A DNA stretch of 64,000 nt from an uncultured Chloroflexia bacterium. Its GTDB lineage: Bacteria; Chloroflexota; Limnocylindria; Limnocylindrales; CSP1-4. The notes beneath the pieces were generated by a model, which was not told the origin of the DNA, searched no databases, and worked only from the letters and a program-made list of their open reading frames with translations. Below are positions 59,587-64,000 of this stretch, in pieces. Location of the stretch: contig CAWEZH010000003.1 of assembly GCA_963813535.1 (NCBI GenBank), forward strand, positions 480,001-544,000. Reading direction: 5' to 3'. Both the position numbers and the translations under genes were made by a program. Positions within the stretch are counted from its first letter, which is position 1, and each line of letters starts with the position of its first letter.

Positions 59587-60785
59587 GGCGTGTCGCCCGC
59601 CAGTCGATCGATGAGACCGACGTAGGCTTTCGACGCATGCTCCCAGGCGAGCGTCGCCACGATCGACGACGCAGACCGGGCGGCTGCCTCGCGACGTGAC
59701 GGGTCGTCGACGAGGGCGAGGATGGCGTCGGCCATGGCGTCCGCGTCGCCCGACGGATACATCGCGACCGCGTCGCCGGGGAAGTCGCGCTCGACGGTCG
59801 GGAGTCGCGTGGCGACGACGGGTTTGCCCATCGCGACGTACTCGTAGACCTTGCCCGACACGGTGAGCGCGGTGAACCGGTCAAGGCGGGTCGGCGCGAG
59901 TCCGATATCGGCCGCGGCGACGACCGCCGGGACGTCTTCGATCGGGATGCGACCGTGGAACACGACCCGGTCACCGATCCCGAGCTCATCGGCGAGCGCT
60001 CGCAGCGTCGCTTCGGAGTCGCCCCGACCGTAGCAGTCGAGGACCACGTCGAGATCCGGGCGTCGCTCGCGCATCCGGGCGATCGCGCGCAGCGCGACGT
60101 CCAGCTCGTAGGTCGGCGTCAGGGCGCCGGTGTACACGAGACGAAGCCGCCCGTCCTCGCAGAAGGTGCGGTTCGGGTAGGCCAAGGCGTCGAACCGGGC
60201 GAGGGATGGGCTGTTGACCACGACATGGATGTCGTCCGCGTCGTGGCCCAGGGCCACCAGGCGATCGCGCATCGCATCGGTCACGGTGATCGTCAGCGTC
60301 GAGAACGCGATCGACAGCCGCTCCTGCAGCCTGAGCAGCCCGTGGACGAACGGGTTCCGCACGCTCGGGAAGCGCATCCGGAAGAACTCCGGCATCGCCT
60401 CGTGGAGATCGAGGACGACCGGAACCCCGACGAGGCGGAGGGGCAGCGTCGCGAAGACGAGGAAGTCGGGCGGCGAGTGGACCTGCGCGACGGCGAATCG
60501 CTCGGACCGATGCAGCCGAGCCGCCGTCCACATCGATCGCGCGACGAACGTGAGGTACTCGAACAGGTACACGCCGATGCCGGCGCCCTGGTGGCGCTGC
60601 ACATCGAGGTGCCGGATGCGGACCCCTGCCAGCTCGGAATCGACTGGATCGTCCGGACGTCGGAGCCCGATGACCCGGACCGGCCGGCCCGTGGCGACGA
60701 GCGTCTCGGCCTGGCGGCGGACCCGGGGATCCTCCTCGTAGTAGGCGTGGACGATCATGAGGACCGGCCGTCCCCGCACGGTCAC
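59583..60785 (-). CDS. GT4 glycosyltransferase
   Basis: DPRVRR, HSPPD, DLHE, KVYEYVAMGKPVV. Confidence 0.9.
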   Translation of the reverse strand: MTVRGRPVLMIVHAYYEEDPRVRRQAETLVATGRPVRVIGLRRPDDPVDSELAGVRIRHLDVQRHQGAGIGVYLFEYLTFVARSMWTAARLHRSERFAVAQVHSPPDFLVFATLPLRLVGVPVVLDLHEAMPEFFRMRFPSVRNPFVHGLLRLQERLSIAFSTLTITVTDAMRDRLVALGHDADDIHVVVNSPSLARFDALAYPNRTFCEDGRLRLVYTGALTPTYELDVALRAIARMRERRPDLDVVLDCYGRGDSEATLRALADELGIGDRVVFHGRIPIEDVPAVVAAADIGLAPTRLDRFTALTVSGKVYEYVAMGKPVVATRLPTVERDFPGDAVAMYPSGDADAMADAILALVDDPSRREAAARSASSIVATLAWEHASKAYVGLIDRLAGDTP

Positions 60786-62086
60786 GCCCCCGTCGACCAG
60801 CCTGCCCCGAGTCGAAGGACCTGCCGCTCCCGCGTCGCTCGGTCGCGTGAGCTGTCAACGGTGTCGACGACCAACGCCGCCCGCTCGTACACGCTCGGCC
60901 AGTCGATCGCGGCATGCGGCGTGACGACGACGATCACGTCGGCCCACCCGAGCAGCTCGTCGAGGCCGGTCTCGGGCCGGACGGTCCCGGCCGCATCGGT
61001 GAACGAATCCACGTGCGGATCGTGGAACCGCACGTCTGCACCGCGTTCGGCGATGCCGGCGATCACCTCGGACGCGGGGGAGTTGCGGGCATCGCGGACA
61101 TTCGGCTTGAACGCGACGCCAAGGACCCCGACCTTGGCGCCTTTCAGGGCCTTGCCGCGATCGTTGAGCGCCTCGGCCACGAGGTCGACGACGTGGCGAG
61201 GCATCGCGAAGTTGATGTCGCCGGCCAGCTCGATGAAGCGGTCGATGAAGTCGAATTCACGCGCCCGCCAGGCGAGGTAATACGGATCCACCGGGATGCA
61301 ATGTCCGCCGACACCCGGGCCCGGCGTGAACTTCATGAACCCGAAGGGCTTGGTCGCCGCGGCGTTGATGACCTCCCAGACATCGAGGCCCATCCGCTCA
61401 CACAGCAACGCGAGCTGGTTGACGAACGCGATGTTGACGTTGCGGAACACGTTCTCGAGCAGCTTCGCGAGCTCGGCCGCGTCCGGTGAGCTGAGCTCGA
61501 TTACGTTGTCGTTGATGTTGCGGAGCAGGGCCGCGGCACGCTTCGTGGCCTGCGGCGTCGTGGCGCCCACGAGGCGCGGCACGGTCTTGCTGGCGCTGGC
61601 GGGATCGCCCGGGTTGACCCGTTCCGGGGCGAAGGCCAGATCGAAGTCGACGCCGGCGCGCAGGCCGCTGCGCTCGACGACCTCGCGGAAGGGGCCGGTG
61701 GTCGTGCCCGGGAAGGTCGTCGACTGGAGCACCACGAGCTGTCCCTTGCGCACGCCGCCGCAGATCGTCTCGGCGGCGGACAAGACCGGTTTGAGGTCGG
61801 GATCCTTGGTCGAGGTGATGGGCGTCGGTACGCACACGAAGATCGCATCGGCGTCGCCGAGGTGCGCCTCCTCCGGTGAGACCACGGTCAGTCCGTCCCC
61901 GAGGGCCGCGGCCAGCCGTTCGTTGGTCACATCGTCGATCGGCGAGGAACCGGCATTGAGTTCCGCGACCCGGCCGCTGTAGGCGTCGATGCCCTCGACC
62001 GTCAGACCCGCCTCGGCGAAGGAGATGGCCAGTGGCAGGCCGACGTAGCCCAGCCCGATGACGGCGACCCGTCGGTCCTCGCTCAC
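60782..62086 (-). CDS. UDP-N-acetylhexosamine 6-dehydrogenase (WecC/TviB family)
   Basis: GLGYVGLP, CVPTP, PERVNPG, KLLEN, GPGVGGHCIPVDP. Confidence 0.93.
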   Translation of the reverse strand: MSEDRRVAVIGLGYVGLPLAISFAEAGLTVEGIDAYSGRVAELNAGSSPIDDVTNERLAAALGDGLTVVSPEEAHLGDADAIFVCVPTPITSTKDPDLKPVLSAAETICGGVRKGQLVVLQSTTFPGTTTGPFREVVERSGLRAGVDFDLAFAPERVNPGDPASASKTVPRLVGATTPQATKRAAALLRNINDNVIELSSPDAAELAKLLENVFRNVNIAFVNQLALLCERMGLDVWEVINAAATKPFGFMKFTPGPGVGGHCIPVDPYYLAWRAREFDFIDRFIELAGDINFAMPRHVVDLVAEALNDRGKALKGAKVGVLGVAFKPNVRDARNSPASEVIAGIAERGADVRFHDPHVDSFTDAAGTVRPETGLDELLGWADVIVVVTPHAAIDWPSVYERAALVVDTVDSSRDRATRERQVLRLGAGWSTGA

Positions 62087-62267
62087 GATCCCTCCGATCC
62101 CTCCTGCGGATGACCGCCCGCGTGGCGCGGAACGGGGCTGGAGGTCCGCCGGAGAGGATACCGGGAGTGGCCCGGCGGTGGGGTCGAACGGGTCGTCGGA
62201 AGCCCACGACGGACGCCCTCCCACGCTCTCCCGGCCACTCGCGGAGGCCGTGCTACCCTTCGCCGCG

Positions 62268-63152
62268 ATGTCCACCACCAGTGAGGTGCCGGCTGAGTTC
62301 CGCCACGCGGCGGCCCAGCCGGGGCCGCTACGGCTATTCCTCGATGCGCTCGAGGACATCCTCTCCCGGCGCCGCCTCGTCGGCTACCTGGTGCGGGCGG
62401 ACATCCGCAAGAAGGGCGCCGACACGTTCCTCGGCAACCTCTGGTGGGTCCTCGACCCGCTCCTCCAGATGCTGGTGTACGTCGTCTTCGTGTCGATCAT
62501 CTTCCAGCGCCCCACGGCGGATTACCCGCTGTTCGTGCTCGCGGCGATCCTTCCCTGGAAGTGGTTCACCAGCAGCATCAACGACGCGACCGTGTCGGTG
62601 ACCAGCTCGGGGTCGCTCATCCGCCAGATCCAGTTCCCGAAGATCGTCCTGCCGATGGCATCGACCGGCGCAGCGGTCGTCGGTTTCGCCTTCAGCCTGA
62701 TCCCGCTCGTGGCGATCATGGCGCTCTACCCGCACAGGATCACTGCGTACCTCTTGCTGATCCCGGTCGTCGCCGTCGTGCAGTTCCTCTTCACGCTCGG
62801 GGCGTCGTTCATCGTCGCCGCGGTCAACGTCTTCTTCCGGGACCTGGGCAACGTCCTGCGCCATTTCCTGCGGCTGTGGTTCTACCTGTCTCCGGGCCTG
62901 TACAGCCTGCAGATGCTCGAGGAGAGCGGCTTCTTCGCCCAGAACCCGCTCCTCCTGCGCATCCTCCAGCTCAATCCGTTCGCGACGCTGTTCGAGGCCT
63001 TCCGCGCGGTCATCTACGGCGATGAGGTGACTGGTCCGCATCTGCCTGACTTCGCGGCGCTTGGCGCGCTCGGCGTCGCCAGCCTGGTCCTGATCATGCT
63101 CGGCAGCATCATCTTCAAGCGCCTCGAACCGATGTACGCGAAGGTCCTTTGA
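62268..63152 (+). CDS. wzm: polysaccharide ABC exporter permease (Wzm/TagG)
   Basis: LGNLWWVLDP, FFRD, FYLSPGLY, LNPF; 6 TM segments. Confidence 0.9.
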   Translation: MSTTSEVPAEFRHAAAQPGPLRLFLDALEDILSRRRLVGYLVRADIRKKGADTFLGNLWWVLDPLLQMLVYVVFVSIIFQRPTADYPLFVLAAILPWKWFTSSINDATVSVTSSGSLIRQIQFPKIVLPMASTGAAVVGFAFSLIPLVAIMALYPHRITAYLLLIPVVAVVQFLFTLGASFIVAAVNVFFRDLGNVLRHFLRLWFYLSPGLYSLQMLEESGFFAQNPLLLRILQLNPFATLFEAFRAVIYGDEVTGPHLPDFAALGALGVASLVLIMLGSIIFKRLEPMYAKVL

Positions 63153-63964
63153 GCGCGGCCGTCCAGCCGCCGCCCATGCGGGCGTCCGGCGCCCATGCGA
63201 TCGAGGCCGTCGACCTTGGCGTGCAGTACAGCCTCCGCTTCACGAAGAAGACGACGCTGCGCGAGTCGTTCGTGCAGATGTTCTCGCGCGAGCCGCTCGA
63301 GCCCTTCTGGGCATTGCGCAACGTGTCGTTCACCCTCGTCCGCGGTGAGTCACTCGGGGTGATCGGGCCGAACGGCGCGGGCAAGAGCACGCTGCTGCAG
63401 GTCCTGGCGGGGATCATCCAGCCGTCCGAAGGCTCTGTGGACGTGCGTGGGCATGTGTCCAGCCTGCTGACCCTGGGCGCCGGCTTCGACTCCGAGCTCA
63501 GCGGGCGCGAGAACATCCTCCTCGCCGGCGCGTTCCTCGGGCTGCCCGACTCCGTGGTCCGCGACCTGATGCCGGCGATCGTCGAATACGCCGACCTCGG
63601 GCGGTTCATCGACGCCCCGATCAAGACCTATTCGTCTGGCATGCGCGCGCGTTTGGGCTTCTCGATCGCGACGTCGGTCGATCCGGACATCCTGCTGCTC
63701 GACGAGGTGCTGGCGACGGGCGACGCCGAGTTCCGGGACAAGTCGAAGGCCCGTGTCATCGAGCTCGTCAAGGCGGCCAAGGGGATCGTGCTCGTGACCC
63801 ACGACATGGCGTGGGTGACCGAGTACTGCAATCGGGCGCTCCTCCTCGAGCAGGGCCGCGTCATCCATGAAGGCGACCCGGCCGAGACGGTTCGCATCCA
63901 CGTCGAGCGATCCGCGCAGCGCAAGGCCGAGCGAGCCGCGCAGATCGGATCGGCCGCGATCTGA
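63149..63964 (+). CDS. wzt: polysaccharide ABC exporter ATPase (Wzt/TagH), no C-terminal CBD
   Basis: GPNGAGKST, YSSGMRARL, LDEV, VTHD. Confidence 0.92.
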   Translation: MSAAVQPPPMRASGAHAIEAVDLGVQYSLRFTKKTTLRESFVQMFSREPLEPFWALRNVSFTLVRGESLGVIGPNGAGKSTLLQVLAGIIQPSEGSVDVRGHVSSLLTLGAGFDSELSGRENILLAGAFLGLPDSVVRDLMPAIVEYADLGRFIDAPIKTYSSGMRARLGFSIATSVDPDILLLDEVLATGDAEFRDKSKARVIELVKAAKGIVLVTHDMAWVTEYCNRALLLEQGRVIHEGDPAETVRIHVERSAQRKAERAAQIGSAAI

Positions 63965-64000
63965 TGACGCGGGGACCCGCCGGGTCCGGGTCCTGATGCC

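Noticed and set aside
1-64000. CRISPR array, rRNA, transposase/integrase, anti-phage defence operon
   Set aside because: No regularly spaced repeats and no recognisable Cas, DDE or tyrosine/serine recombinase ORFs. MazG, LOG and the cyclase sit in housekeeping or signalling contexts without effector partners.

Overview
High-GC (roughly 70% by eye) bacterial chromosomal window. Gene style suggests Chloroflexota, possibly Ca. Limnocylindria (inference only). Layout: (1) 0.5-15 kb is a xylose locus with xylA-xylB, a xylFGH-type ABC transporter and a ROK repressor with two matching operators. Divergent from it runs a Gfo/Idh/MocA oxidoreductase, an RnfD/UnbU-like membrane protein, an FG-GAP/UnbV(CRTAC1) protein, a creatinase/M24-fold protein lacking metal ligands, and an aldose epimerase. 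(2) 15-36 kb holds mixed signalling and accessory genes: a GGDEF protein, Lrp, an LLM oxidoreductase, a homocysteine methyltransferase, LysE with a structured terminator-containing leader, a cupin-cyclase, TetR/tautomerase, tRNA-Pro(TGG) with a displaced 5'-half copy, an Flp pilin, DosS/DosR-like and DesK/DesR-like systems, and a P450 with a LacI-type box. (3) 36-42 kb is housekeeping (LCP, LOG, rdgB, rph, mazG, SurA/PrsA). (4) 42.4-64 kb is a surface glycan locus with a full pseudaminic-acid-type nonulosonate pathway, two methyltransferases, several glycosyltransferases and Wzm/Wzt. Six genes between 38.7 and 51.4 kb carry 3n+1 frameshifts, probably assembly errors. The best novelty candidates are the xylose-linked UnbU/UnbV/creatinase-fold module, the unclassified riboswitch/attenuator upstream of lysE, and the 5'-half tRNA duplication.
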